This document shows positions 29,909 through 39,533 of a stretch of DNA of 40,933 nucleotides, piece by piece; within the stretch, counting starts at the first letter, position 1, and the number at the start of each line of letters is the position of its first letter. The DNA is from a virus, in UHGV virus genome UHGV-0179541, one strand, 5' to 3'. Under the pieces are notes generated by a model that saw only the letters and a list, made by a program, of their open reading frames with translations, was not told the origin of the DNA and did not search any database. Both the position numbers and the translations under genes were made by a program.

Positions 29909-30298
29909 TCAGGCGGCTGCACCCGCCGGTTTCTCGTACTTACTGATAGTGATCTCGACCTTCCCTTCCGGGATAACCGGTCCCCACTCCACCAGCATTC
30001 TTTTCACCTGACTGTCGTCTTCCCACACATCCGCGTGGGTCAGGGCGTCAAACAGCGCCTTGTTATAGTTGTCTAGATCGCGGATCCGGTTATCCGGCGG
30101 AAACAACACGATCTCCACTGAAGCAGGTGCCGACGTTGGTTTTGGCAGACGACGTAACTGCTCAACTATTGCTGCACACGCCGCGCTCTGGAATTTGCGC
30201 CCCGCCGCGCTTATCAGGCTCTTACCTGCAAACGCCCCTTTGTTGGGGTGTCGCCAGTACGTGTTCACGCTGGGCGGAAAAGGCAGAATCAGCTTCAT
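29909..30298 (-). CDS. rusA: RusA-like Holliday junction resolvase
   Basis: 129 aa beginning MKLILPFPPSVNTYW, typical RusA N-terminus. Confidence 0.7.
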   Translation of the reverse strand: MKLILPFPPSVNTYWRHPNKGAFAGKSLISAAGRKFQSAACAAIVEQLRRLPKPTSAPASVEIVLFPPDNRIRDLDNYNKALFDALTHADVWEDDSQVKRMLVEWGPVIPEGKVEITISKYEKPAGAAA

Positions 30299-30621
30299 AC
30301 TTTCATGCCCCTCTCATGTAACCAGTGGGTCGCACGCAGCCTGGCGTTTTCCTCACCGGCAAGCAGTGCGCGGATAATCCCGACCGCCTCGCTGTCGTCG
30401 TCCTTGACCGCGGTATGAAGCGTTATCCCCCGGGCCACGCCACGCTTTATCGTGATGACGCCTTTTTTCTCCAGTGCGCGAAGATGCTCTACCGCTGCAT
30501 TCACCGAACGATATCCCAGCATGGTTGCCACCTCCTGATTGGTTGGCGGGAAGCCCCGTTCTTTCTGGTAAGAAATCAGCATATCCAGCACCTGCTGCTG
30601 GCATTGAGTTAATGTCGTCAT
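30295..30621 (-). CDS. LexA-N-like winged-helix DNA-binding protein
   Basis: 108 aa; helix-turn-helix region resembling the LexA DNA-binding domain; no peptidase domain. Confidence 0.4.
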   Translation of the reverse strand: MTTLTQCQQQVLDMLISYQKERGFPPTNQEVATMLGYRSVNAAVEHLRALEKKGVITIKRGVARGITLHTAVKDDDSEAVGIIRALLAGEENARLRATHWLHERGMKV

Positions 30622-31271
30622 GCCGCCATCTCCATGACCAGTTTTTCCGCCTGCAGGCGAACCTGCGCCAGAAACGCCTCACCACATGCCTCAAGTTCAT
30701 CGCGCCCAATGTAGCTGATTGCCGCTCCCTTCCAGGTCTTGTCGAAAACAGCAATAGCACCAGCGAAGAAAGCGCCTGTCGGCACCTGCTTCTCATCCTT
30801 CGGGATAAACCAGGCAGGCAGTTCAAAACCAATACGCCCGCGAATAAAAGCAATATGGTCCGCATCTTCCGGCCACCACACTTCGCTGGTGGCAGCTTTG
30901 ATCAGGAAAACATAGCGCCCACCCTTATCACGCATGGCACTGGCATGTTTCATGATGTAACGCATGCCGGTGATGTATTGCCCCTCATGCTGACTGGCGC
31001 GGCTGTATGGGGGATTACCAAAGGCAGCACCTTTAAGCTCCGCAAGACGTTCTGACCAGTCATGCGCCAGCGCGTTGTCTTCCGCCGTGTAATACGCAGC
31101 GCATTTGGCGTTATCACCGTCAGTAAACAGATCCAGAACAAACGGGCCAAACAGGGTGTTAATTCCCCAGAAAATGTTGTCCGGTGTGCGCCACTGATCG
31201 CCCACTTCCTTCAGTTCATGGGCTGGTTTGTTCCGCAGTTCCACCAGCGCCTGGCAATATTTATTACTCAT
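30618..31271 (-). CDS. Phage N6-adenine DNA methyltransferase (Dam-like, orphan)
   Basis: NPPY catalytic motif (GNPPYS); start at ATG overlapping the upstream stop (TAATG); no adjacent restriction gene. Confidence 0.7.
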   Translation of the reverse strand: MSNKYCQALVELRNKPAHELKEVGDQWRTPDNIFWGINTLFGPFVLDLFTDGDNAKCAAYYTAEDNALAHDWSERLAELKGAAFGNPPYSRASQHEGQYITGMRYIMKHASAMRDKGGRYVFLIKAATSEVWWPEDADHIAFIRGRIGFELPAWFIPKDEKQVPTGAFFAGAIAVFDKTWKGAAISYIGRDELEACGEAFLAQVRLQAEKLVMEMAA

Positions 31272-31765
31272 TAAGCCCCCACGTAATTCCCTGACAGATA
31301 CCACTCTTCACCCGATGCAGCGCGCTTGCTGCTTTTCCGTAAGCACCGCTCACGACGCGCCAGAAAATTGTTTCGTTCTGGCTGGGAGTGGCTTTCACGG
31401 AATGCCGCCATCCACACCGTTGCAGCACGACGGTATAAGTCCCTGGACTCCAGTTCTTCAGCCTGGCGGATCAGGCACAAAATCACCCGCGGGTCGTTAG
31501 TGCCGACATAGAAATTGCGCACAGGTCTGGTTTCACGAACTGGTTGTGGTTCCGGCTCCTGCGCTCTCTCAGTCAGGCGCGGGAAATGTCTGCGTGTATC
31601 TCCTTCACAACGGTGAGCCACACGCCCACTCTGACGTAACTTGCTTGCTGACTGCAGAACGCGCTGCCGTGAGTAACCGGCAAAAGCATCCGCAATGTCT
31701 CCGGAAGTACAGCCCGGATGGGCTTCAATGAATTTCTGAACGTCATTTAACAGACTCATGATCAC
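31271..31765 (-). CDS. Hypothetical early protein downstream of the replication gene
   Basis: 164 aa, basic, translationally coupled to neighbours. Confidence 0.4.
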   Translation of the reverse strand: MIMSLLNDVQKFIEAHPGCTSGDIADAFAGYSRQRVLQSASKLRQSGRVAHRCEGDTRRHFPRLTERAQEPEPQPVRETRPVRNFYVGTNDPRVILCLIRQAEELESRDLYRRAATVWMAAFRESHSQPERNNFLARRERCLRKSSKRAASGEEWYLSGNYVGA

Positions 31766-32703
31766 CCCCTAAATCCTGCCGGGATCTGGCTGTAGTCCAC
31801 ATTGTCGTAACTGGCTTTGAAGTACGGGTCTTCACGTTTTTCTGTGTGCGTGCTGACGGACGGCGATAAGCGCAGGAAAAGCTCATCCCATTTTTCCCGC
31901 AACTTCGACGGGCTGAGCACGTTACGGCACCAGAACGGATCGCGGCTGACGCGGCTGTACATCTCGCAGATTTGTTTGTGAGTACGACCATCCTGCACAC
32001 ACATCAGGCGAATTTCGTTTGCCCAGGCTGTCCAGTTCGGTTCTTTGGGACGAATCACCTCGCCGTCACATTCGGCGGCCTGCTCGTACAGGGCGATGAT
32101 TTTTTTCCAGAGCCACTGTGCGCAGGTCAAATCATCCTGCGTTCCCCACTGACGCTTTTTAGGGCTGAATACAACCGCATCAGGATGGCGAGTTAAAAAA
32201 TCCTGTTCATCCGTCTGCGTGTCCGGTTGCGAAGCGTCCGGACGAGAAGTTTTTTTATCTGACGGATCATGTTTTGATTTTACTGACGGATCCCCGCCAG
32301 ATTCTGACGGGTGAAAACCCGCTTTTTTGCCAGATTTCGACGCATCAAATTTTGACGGGTCAGATTTTGATGCGTCAGATTTTGACGGGTCAGAATCTGA
32401 CAGTTGAGAAAATGCCGCTGCCTGAAGCTTCGCAACGTTAAGCTGATAAACATTCGACGCATTGCGGTTACCCTGGCGACGCGCCTTACGCGTTAACCAG
32501 CCTTCTGCTTCCAGCCGTGCGATAGCCGTTCTGACGGTACTCATCCCCGCGCCAATCTGGCGGGCAATGGTTTCAATTGATGGCCAGCACACACCTTCGT
32601 CATTACTGAAATCAGCCAGGCGGGCCATAATTGCCACGCTGGATAATTTCATGCCTGACGCAGCGCAACCATCCCATACATAGCCGGTTAATTTAGTGCT
32701 CAT
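31762..32703 (-). CDS. Replication initiation protein (O-like, N-terminal winged HTH, repetitive linker)
   Basis: 313 aa; HTH region; internal DPSKSDASKSDPSKFDASKSG repeats encoded by the iteron array. Confidence 0.6.
   Translation of the reverse strand: MSTKLTGYVWDGCAASGMKLSSVAIMARLADFSNDEGVCWPSIETIARQIGAGMSTVRTAIARLEAEGWLTRKARRQGNRNASNVYQLNVAKLQAAAFSQLSDSDPSKSDASKSDPSKFDASKSGKKAGFHPSESGGDPSVKSKHDPSDKKTSRPDASQPDTQTDEQDFLTRHPDAVVFSPKKRQWGTQDDLTCAQWLWKKIIALYEQAAECDGEVIRPKEPNWTAWANEIRLMCVQDGRTHKQICEMYSRVSRDPFWCRNVLSPSKLREKWDELFLRLSPSVSTHTEKREDPYFKASYDNVDYSQIPAGFRG
32255..32405. repeat. Iteron-like direct repeats (consensus near TCAGATTTTGACGGG) inside the replication gene, putative origin
   Basis: At least six related copies read directly. 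Confidence 0.6.
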
Positions 32704-32712
32704 GACCGACCT

Positions 32713-33051
32713 CTATTTCCCTGAATTTACGACGAAACTGTTCGAGCGGGCTGAAGCACTCATGCTCATAGCCTTCACGGAGGTAGATAACCCGTTGTGT
32801 TTCCGGCTCCCAACGAATGACTCTGACGGGCACTCCGTAGTGATCTTTGAACCAGCGGTTAACTTGTCGCAAAGGACTGTCTCCTTCTGCCGGTTGAAAT
32901 CACCCACAGCCCACTCTGCAAAGCTGTGGGTTACAATTTCCCTGTCACCTGGTACATTCACTGCATAGCAATATTCCACCTTCGCTTTTCCACCCGGTAC
33001 AGGAAGCGCAATCAGTTGCGAGCGACGGTAGTGTGTTGTTAAACTGTTCAT
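32713..33051 (-). CDS. Hypothetical ORF between cII-like and replication genes (may be non-coding)
   Basis: Track ORF only; contains a 9-bp inverted repeat ACCCACAGC-N12-GCTGTGGGT at about 32902..32931. Confidence 0.25.
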   Translation of the reverse strand: MNSLTTHYRRSQLIALPVPGGKAKVEYCYAVNVPGDREIVTHSFAEWAVGDFNRQKETVLCDKLTAGSKITTECPSESFVGSRKHNGLSTSVKAMSMSASARSNSFVVNSGK

Positions 33052-33617
33052 GCGTTAGTTTCTCCACAACCAGAAGCAATCGACGCCACGACGCCCGGAG
33101 CTGCACACTCGCGGGCGTCATTACTTTCTGAAATGCAAAAAATTTTGTAGACAAGTGCTGCATGCTCCTGCAGCTTCGAAATTGAGAGATACAGCTCGTC
33201 GTTAATTGCTGTCTTCTCATGCGGTTCCACTACACCATCTTCGATTGCTGAACGAATCTGTTTTGAATAACTGCCGATCTGTTCAATGACTTCCAGCAGA
33301 CGCTGGTTAATATCGGCGTTGTCCACATCCTCGACGTCAGGAAGAGACACAAAGACGCCATTTGCAGACTGCGCCACAGCATCAGCAATGAAGTGAGTGC
33401 CACCAGCACGCTGTAAAACCATTGCCCATCCCAGCGGGAAAATCTGATCGCCATCTGCACGAAGGCGGTTGAATAAAGCGTTTTCTGTTACATCGAGCCA
33501 GTCAGCCGCTTCAGCGTAACCACCCGGCAACGCCGCGATAGTTTTTCTGACAGCTTTCACGTACCACTCAGGCTGTTTTTCTATTTTCCAGTGATGCTTA
33601 CCCACGATTAGCCTCAT
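33048..33617 (-). CDS. CII-like regulatory protein (CP76-family-like)
   Basis: 189 aa immediately downstream of cro; recall-based family assignment. Confidence 0.4.
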   Translation of the reverse strand: MRLIVGKHHWKIEKQPEWYVKAVRKTIAALPGGYAEAADWLDVTENALFNRLRADGDQIFPLGWAMVLQRAGGTHFIADAVAQSANGVFVSLPDVEDVDNADINQRLLEVIEQIGSYSKQIRSAIEDGVVEPHEKTAINDELYLSISKLQEHAALVYKIFCISESNDARECAAPGVVASIASGCGETNA

Positions 33618-33648
33618 CGTTCTGTGGTTAAAAATTGAAAGTGTTCTG

Positions 33649-33849
33649 CTAATCTTTCGGATAGATATCCGGTCTTAAGTCAGATTTCGTAATTGCACCT
33701 GACGTGCATTGCTCAAGTTTTTTAGCCAGCACAAAACTGGCTTTTTTATAGCCATTGAAAACCAGCCGTAAGTAGCCAGGTGTTGAGCCAACTTTTCCGG
33801 CCAACTCGCCCTGCTGTTCTTTGGTTAAAGAGTCCCAATACGCTTTCAT
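33649..33849 (-). CDS. cro: Cro-like HTH repressor
   Basis: 66-aa frame MKAYWDSLTKEQQGELAGKVGSTPGYLRLVFNGYKK..., divergent from cI; AGGT ribosome-binding site. Confidence 0.6.
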   Translation of the reverse strand: MKAYWDSLTKEQQGELAGKVGSTPGYLRLVFNGYKKASFVLAKKLEQCTSGAITKSDLRPDIYPKD

Positions 33850-33852
33850 ACA

Positions 33853-33924
33853 ATATGTACCTCCGGTGTACATATTACATGATTGAAATGAACCTTCAAG
33901 ATACTTGTACCTTAACGGTACAAG
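33853..33924. promoter_or_regulatory. Immunity operators: ATATGTAC-N7-GTACATAT (33853..33875) and CTTGTACC-TTAAC-GGTACAAG (33904..33924) in the cro/cI intergenic region
   Basis: Two palindromes sharing a TGTAC core, read directly. Confidence 0.6.
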
Positions 33925-33939
33925 GGTTTTAATTTCGTT

Positions 33940-34614
33940 ATGAAAACAATCCATGACATCCGGCGGTCTAACGCCAGAAAACTGAGAGATGGTGTTGGCG
34001 GGAATTCTTCCTTTGCCACTATGATTGATCGCGAGCCAACCCAGACCAGCAGGTTTATGGGAGATGGTGCTACTAAAAATATCGGTGACAGCATGGCACG
34101 ACACATCGAAAAATGTTTCGACCTGCCTGTCGGATGGCTCGATCAAGAACACCAGACAACGAACATCACAAAAAAACCTGATGTTTCAATCACTAATAAA
34201 CAAATCACATTAGTCCCTGTCATATCATGGGTACAGGCCGGAGCATGGAAAGAAGTTGGATATTCTGAGGTTGATTTGAGCACAGCAGAAACGTATCCCT
34301 GCCCTGTCCCCTGTGGGGAAATGACTTATATCTTGCGGGTGATAGGTGATTCAATGATTGATGAGTACCGCCCGGGAGACATGATTTTTGTCGATCCTGA
34401 AGTACCTGCCTGCCACGGTGACGACGTTATTGCATTGATGCACGATACAGGTGAAACCACCTTCAAAAGGTTGATAGAAGATGGGACACAGCGTTATCTC
34501 AAAGCGTTAAACCCAAACTGGCCTGAGCCTTACATTAAGATCAACGGTAATTGCTCTATAATTGGTACAGTGATTTTCTCAGGAAAACCAAGAAGATACA
34601 AAATCAAAGCCTAA
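33940..34614 (+). CDS. cI: CI-type repressor (HTH plus S24 LexA-like peptidase domain)
   Basis: 224 aa; C-terminal S24-like region (GDSM, IGTVIFSGK); divergent from cro. Confidence 0.75.
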   Translation: MKTIHDIRRSNARKLRDGVGGNSSFATMIDREPTQTSRFMGDGATKNIGDSMARHIEKCFDLPVGWLDQEHQTTNITKKPDVSITNKQITLVPVISWVQAGAWKEVGYSEVDLSTAETYPCPVPCGEMTYILRVIGDSMIDEYRPGDMIFVDPEVPACHGDDVIALMHDTGETTFKRLIEDGTQRYLKALNPNWPEPYIKINGNCSIIGTVIFSGKPRRYKIKA

Positions 34615-34626
34615 TCAATGTTTATG

Positions 34627-34650
34627 AACCTGCTTCGGCAGGTTTTTTTA
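34627..34650 (+). terminator. Rho-independent terminator after cI
   Basis: AACCTGC-TTCG-GCAGGTT followed by a T run. Confidence 0.75.
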
Positions 34651-34653
34651 TAC

Positions 34654-34681
34654 TTGACAGTGTACCTTTGAGATACATAAT
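34654..34681 (+). promoter_or_regulatory. Near-consensus sigma70 promoter TTGACA-16-CATAAT with TGTACC operator-like half-sites (pL-like)
   Basis: Hexamers read directly; GTGTACC and ATGTACC flank the -10 element. Confidence 0.55.
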
Positions 34682-34788
34682 GTACCCAAGAGAAACAACA
34701 AACAGGCAGGACGCCCACGAAGTAGCCCGCCCGGTACGTACGAAGACCGGGATGATTCGTTAGCGGATGATTTCAGTGGAGAGAATAG

Positions 34789-35097
34789 ATGAATGAGCAG
34801 GATTTGAAGCATGTGATCGCATTGTTGCTGGAAGACGCTAAACGTTTGCAGCAGATAGAGCCAAATGCAGGCACTGAGGCCCGTATTTTGTTAGCAAAAC
34901 AGGCATTAAAGACTTGCGGGGCGCAAGACCCTGATCGAACCAAGTTCATGAATTTCATGGCTAACACGATCACCCCCCTGCCATGCAATGGAGAGAGGGT
35001 GAGCCGTGTTTATCACGACACAATGGTTAAGGCATTAAGAATCGAGCTTGATGGGCTTAGGCGTAAGATCGTGATGAACAAAATCGTTGCCAACTAA
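34789..35097 (+). CDS. Hypothetical early-left protein
   Basis: 102 aa, GGAG ribosome-binding site, first gene after the pL-like promoter. Confidence 0.5.
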   Translation: MNEQDLKHVIALLLEDAKRLQQIEPNAGTEARILLAKQALKTCGAQDPDRTKFMNFMANTITPLPCNGERVSRVYHDTMVKALRIELDGLRRKIVMNKIVAN

Positions 35098-35412
35098 GGA
35101 AGCAGACGGAAGTAAGCATGCGCTTTGTTCAAATTTGCAGACAAATATATTTGCGTCAACACCAGCACTGTTAGCAATGGAAAAAGTTTGATCAAGGATT
35201 TGTTGGCAGTTCATTGTGCTTTTGAGGATATATCCCTCTGGAATCAGTCTGCAGCAGCTATCGTCAGACTCTTTGATTGTTTTCTGGTACAGAAAGTTAA
35301 GCATTAATTCTTCAAATTTTTTGGTCTGTTCGGCTGTTGCTTCAAACAGACGAACGTGAACATAAAACTGGTTCATTAGGTTTCCTTGCTGGCTGTGTGA
35401 GAACTCCAGCAT
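35035..35412 (-). CDS. Hypothetical AT-rich ORF, start uncertain
   Basis: Track ORF in an AT-rich stretch between the immunity region and xis; no recognisable motif. Confidence 0.3.
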   Translation of the reverse strand: MLEFSHSQQGNLMNQFYVHVRLFEATAEQTKKFEELMLNFLYQKTIKESDDSCCRLIPEGYILKSTMNCQQILDQTFSIANSAGVDANIFVCKFEQSACLLPSASLVGNDFVHHDLTPKPIKLDS

Positions 35413-35680
35413 ACCACCGAGCCTGAAGTGGTGAAAAGACAGGCAATAGTTTCATTGCTGTGTGTAGTCTTGGCGGTACCAGCTTGTACACTTGCTTCCG
35501 GCTGGTACCGTCCTTTTTACAAAACAGAGAAGAGCATCACCGGACGACGGGCTCATAACCCAATCCATCCGGGCGGCAGTCACCGCAGGTGTTCTTCTCT
35601 GTTTTGTGGAGAAACTAACCGACCTTGCAGGGTCGATATGCTGAGACTAAGCAGTTAGTGAAGTAATAAGGTGATCGCAT

Positions 35681-35926
35681 ATGCTTCAAATGTTAACTCT
35701 TGAAGAATGGGCTACTGAAAAATACAGAAGCAATCCTCCAAGCGTGTCCACATTGCGTCGTTATGCTAAGCAGAATTTATTTTGCCCACCGGCCATGAAA
35801 CAAGGTCGGTTATGGCGAGTGCGTGAGGACGCCGAATTAGTTGGGGAGTTGGTAACGCCAATAATTAAGAAAAATGACTCATTACTTTTGCAACGGATTT
35901 TGAGTGATGGCAGCCAGACCGCGTAA
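35681..35926 (+). CDS. xis: Excisionase-like protein
   Basis: 81 aa overlapping the integrase start, the usual xis position. Confidence 0.55.
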   Translation: MLQMLTLEEWATEKYRSNPPSVSTLRRYAKQNLFCPPAMKQGRLWRVREDAELVGELVTPIIKKNDSLLLQRILSDGSQTA

Positions 35927-37034
35927 GAATAATGTTTCAGTCCCTAACTTATATCCGCTTTATAGTAGGAAGGTAAATAAAGTCTATTGGCGGTATAAGC
36001 ATCCAGTAACAGGAAAATTCCATGCTTTGGGAACAAACGAAGCTGAAGCTATCGCTATTGCCACTGAGGCCAACACTCGCCTGGCTGAACAAAGAACCCG
36101 GCAGATTCTGGCTATCAGTGACAGGATCGCAACCAGCAAAGGAAAGGCTATCACAACGTCAACCTGGTTAGATCGCTATCAAGCGATCCAGGATGACAGG
36201 CTTAAAAGTGGTGATATAAGACTCAACACCTATAAGCAAAAAGCTAAACCAGTATCCTTGCTCAGAGAACGAGCAGGAATGAAGTTGATCTCAGCCGTTG
36301 ATGTAAGAGATATAGCACAATTGCTTGACGAGTATATCGCTGCCGGGCAGCCGAGAATGGCGCAAGTCGTAAGGTCTGTATTGATCGATGTATTTAAGGA
36401 AGCACAGCATTATGGCGAAGTTCCGCCAGGGTATAACCCTGCTCTTGCGACGAAGCAACCCAGACGGAAAATTACCCGTCAACGCCTCAGCCTGGAAGAA
36501 TGGCAAAAAATATTCGATATCGCAGACGCCACTCATCGTTATATGGGAAATGCCATGCTCCTAGCTTTGGTCACTGGGCAGCGTTTGGGAGATATATCCA
36601 AAATGAAATTTAGTGATATTTGGGAGGATCATCTTCACGTCATTCAGGAAAAGACTGGAAGCAAAATCGCTATCCCTCTTTCTCTACGTTTGAATGCTAT
36701 CAATTGGAGCCTACGAGATGTAGTAGCTCGCTGCCGTGACTACGCAGTGAGCCCATACTTGGTGCATTTTTTCCGTTCAACCTCACAAGCAGAACGTGGT
36801 GCACAGGTTAAATCCAATACATTGACGATGAATTTTAGTAAAGCAAGGGATTTAGCAGGGATTGACTGGGGGGATGGCTCACCTGCCACATTCCATGAAC
36901 AAAGGTCTTTATCTGAACGCCTGTACAAAGAACAGGGGTTAGATACGCAAAAATTACTTGGTCATAAAACACAACAGCAGACCGATCGTTACCATGATGA
37001 TCGAGGCAAAGGATGGAGCAAAGTAGCATTGTGA
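35904..37034 (+). CDS. int: Tyrosine integrase (phage integrase family, icd-specific e14 / phage-21 type)
   Basis: 376 aa; C-terminal catalytic region ending HKTQQQTDRYHDDRG; prophage sits in icd. Confidence 0.85.
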   Translation: MMAARPRKNNVSVPNLYPLYSRKVNKVYWRYKHPVTGKFHALGTNEAEAIAIATEANTRLAEQRTRQILAISDRIATSKGKAITTSTWLDRYQAIQDDRLKSGDIRLNTYKQKAKPVSLLRERAGMKLISAVDVRDIAQLLDEYIAAGQPRMAQVVRSVLIDVFKEAQHYGEVPPGYNPALATKQPRRKITRQRLSLEEWQKIFDIADATHRYMGNAMLLALVTGQRLGDISKMKFSDIWEDHLHVIQEKTGSKIAIPLSLRLNAINWSLRDVVARCRDYAVSPYLVHFFRSTSQAERGAQVKSNTLTMNFSKARDLAGIDWGDGSPATFHEQRSLSERLYKEQGLDTQKLLGHKTQQQTDRYHDDRGKGWSKVAL

Positions 37035-37390
37035 AAATTTAAGCGTCTCAACGCCCCGTTGAATTTCTCAACATGCTTGAAAAAGAAACAAGCAGCCCGT
37101 TTTAAGTGAAAAAGGGACGCGTTTATATGTCAAAGAAATATGTTGATCAATAAAAGCTAAACTTCCAACTTGAGTGTTAAGTCGTATCAGGCTATAAGTC
37201 AAACGTATCGTAAGTAAATTCAATAACAGCCATTGATTATTGTGATGAACTCCATAATTTTAAAGAACACTCCAACCTCGATGTACTACTATTATTTCTT
37301 GATAATGAAGCGAAAGCTTAATCCTAACGAAACGTCTTGGACAGCTTAGTAGATTCATGATATACATTAAATCTCAAAAAAGGAAACAAT

Positions 37391-38350
37391 ATGGAAAGCT
37401 ATACTTTTGAATTGAAAGGAAATGTATTTGGCTTTTTTCAACGCAATGGTGAGGATTGTTTTTTATACATTAACACTGGTTTATTCCCTAAAGTAACCTA
37501 CTACCAATGGAGTCATTGGCAACGAGGAAAGGATAACTATAATGAAACATATCCTGATGCAATAAAAACAGATGAAATAGCAAAGGCGATTGGTTATTTT
37601 TCTTGGAATCAATGCTTTGATCGTTGTCCATACCAACCTATAGTTATCAGTTTATCTAAAAAAACAGAAGCAGGAATATTCTACCCTAGAATGAATAGAG
37701 GAGAACCAAAACTATATAACCAACAAATAGCGGAGGCACGAATCCTTGATGAAGTAAGGTCTTTTAATAATATATGTGATTCATTAAATGAATTATTTAA
37801 CTATATAGATCCTGATACTGGTAATTTGAGTTGTTTTGGTAATAAAATCAGAGAAATATTAATTATTGCATGTACTGAGGTTGAATACTTACTTCACAAT
37901 TTTCTTACAGATAATGGTTACACTGTTAACAACAATAGATTTAGTACTAACGATTATGTTAAATCTCTTGGTTTGCTGAAATTAGATGGGTATTCTACGA
38001 GGCTCGTTTACTATCCATATTTGCAAGAGTGGTGCCCATTTAGTGGTTGGGATGAATCTAAACCAACTACTAGTTTGACTTGGTATGACGCATATAATGC
38101 AGTTAAGCATAATCGCGGAACAAACAAGCAAAAGGCATCTCTTAACGCTGTAATAAATGCAGTAGCTGCCATTCATATTTTACTCGTAGCTCAATATGGG
38201 AGTGAGATATTTAATAGCCCGATGCACTCTAATTTCTCAAGCATTTTTAATACAACGAAATATCCTTCTTTCTTAGCAAATGATCTTCAGTGCCCAACAA
38301 TGAATCATGATCAAATCCTATGGGATAAAAAGTCATATTTATTTTCATAA
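37391..38350 (+). CDS. Hypothetical cargo protein, 319 aa, Trp/Tyr/Cys-rich, AT-rich (candidate single-gene defence or Abi protein)
   Basis: Strong ribosome-binding site (AAAGGAAACAAT ATG); AT-rich by eye; between int and the att site; no family recognised. Confidence 0.55.
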   Translation: MESYTFELKGNVFGFFQRNGEDCFLYINTGLFPKVTYYQWSHWQRGKDNYNETYPDAIKTDEIAKAIGYFSWNQCFDRCPYQPIVISLSKKTEAGIFYPRMNRGEPKLYNQQIAEARILDEVRSFNNICDSLNELFNYIDPDTGNLSCFGNKIREILIIACTEVEYLLHNFLTDNGYTVNNNRFSTNDYVKSLGLLKLDGYSTRLVYYPYLQEWCPFSGWDESKPTTSLTWYDAYNAVKHNRGTNKQKASLNAVINAVAAIHILLVAQYGSEIFNSPMHSNFSSIFNTTKYPSFLANDLQCPTMNHDQILWDKKSYLFS

Positions 38351-38472
38351 AAAATTGAAAACACCTTAGCCCGCTTCTGGCACGGAGTGGATAGAAAGCA
38401 AGGCATAAGTAAGTTATTAATTTAAGTTCTTCAAGAAAGTGCCCACTCTATATATTTGATGTCTTAACAGAT

Positions 38473-38510
38473 TAATATGTAGGTGTCTTTATAGCGACAC
38501 CTACATATTA
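38473..38510. terminator. Long perfect hairpin (15-bp stem TAATATGTAGGTGTC, 8-nt loop) between convergent cargo genes
   Basis: Read directly; T run follows on the plus strand. Confidence 0.6.
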
Positions 38511-38513
38511 ATT

Positions 38514-39533
38514 TCAATTATTTTTTTTATCAATTATATGACCACTGTTAGTGCCATAATACTTACCAGAAGCAACACCTTGCTTATAAAAATCATTCAA
38601 TACTTTTATTAGCAATCGTGCATCTGATGCATCTTTTATTACTAGCCTACCATTTTTTTCCTCTAACTTAGCACCTTCGAATATATTTAACGTTTCTTGA
38701 TATTTTATTATTATGTCAGGACTTAAATTTTCGTGGTTCTTTTTTTGAGCTATGCTCGCAATAGTTCGCTGAAGTGTTTTATTAGTTAAAATAACCTCTT
38801 CCAGAATTTTTATATTATCTATAATAGAAGCATCAGAAATAACCTTTAACACACTTCTTGCATTTTCCACAAATTCTTTTTCGATCCCGATAATTTGTTC
38901 AAACCCCAATTTCGATACAATATAAATCTTGTTATTTTTAAAGATAAAATCTATTTTTTTGTCAAAACTCACTGTCTGCATCGGAACGACTTTCATTGTA
39001 GCACTATTAACATCAAAGATAGCCTGCATTTTTTGAAAGGTATTCAATGGAGTATCTGTTGCCACCTTAGATTTTGTTAGCTTCCTATAAATGGTAAAAC
39101 CATCATCTTGTGTAGATATTTTTAAACAAAAAGCCAATATATCAGACTTAACTTCCTCTAGACTCTTTAATATATTTATTCCTGAGCCTTTATTTATTTT
39201 TTCTAATACTTTCCTGAATTCAAGGTCTTCAATATTTGCATAACCATAAATAGCGTCAGTCCCATCATCAGAAATCACTGAGTAGTCATGATACTCTAAT
39301 TCGTTGTTGCCTACCATTTTGTTTAATGTATCCAATGACCCAGTTTTAAAAAAATCCACCATTTTTTTGTCAAGACTCACCTTATAGATATCAAATATAA
39401 ATCTGTTTTCTGATGAGACTGAAGAATCTTTATTAATTTTCTTTGTTATCAAATAACATTTCATCGAAAATGTATTCGAGTGATAAAGATTCATTAGTGA
39501 ATTTAAAATACCTTTAATGTCTATTTCCGTCAT
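38514..39533 (-). CDS. Soluble 339-aa cargo protein, second gene of the two-gene operon (Kiwa KwaB-like by layout only)
   Basis: Start ATG overlaps the upstream stop (TAATG); Lys/Asn/Ile-rich, no TM segment; very AT-rich. Confidence 0.55.
   Translation of the reverse strand: MTEIDIKGILNSLMNLYHSNTFSMKCYLITKKINKDSSVSSENRFIFDIYKVSLDKKMVDFFKTGSLDTLNKMVGNNELEYHDYSVISDDGTDAIYGYANIEDLEFRKVLEKINKGSGINILKSLEEVKSDILAFCLKISTQDDGFTIYRKLTKSKVATDTPLNTFQKMQAIFDVNSATMKVVPMQTVSFDKKIDFIFKNNKIYIVSKLGFEQIIGIEKEFVENARSVLKVISDASIIDNIKILEEVILTNKTLQRTIASIAQKKNHENLSPDIIIKYQETLNIFEGAKLEEKNGRLVIKDASDARLLIKVLNDFYKQGVASGKYYGTNSGHIIDKKNN

Noticed and set aside
33649-34152. 167-aa version of the cro ORF
   Set aside because: Its upstream half runs through the operator region and overlaps cI on the opposite strand; only the C-terminal 66 codons (33649..33849) have a ribosome-binding site and Cro-like sequence.
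35428-35658. 76-aa plus-strand ORF with a signal-peptide-like start upstream of xis
   Set aside because: It spans the inverted repeat and has no convincing ribosome-binding site; more likely regulatory DNA than a gene.
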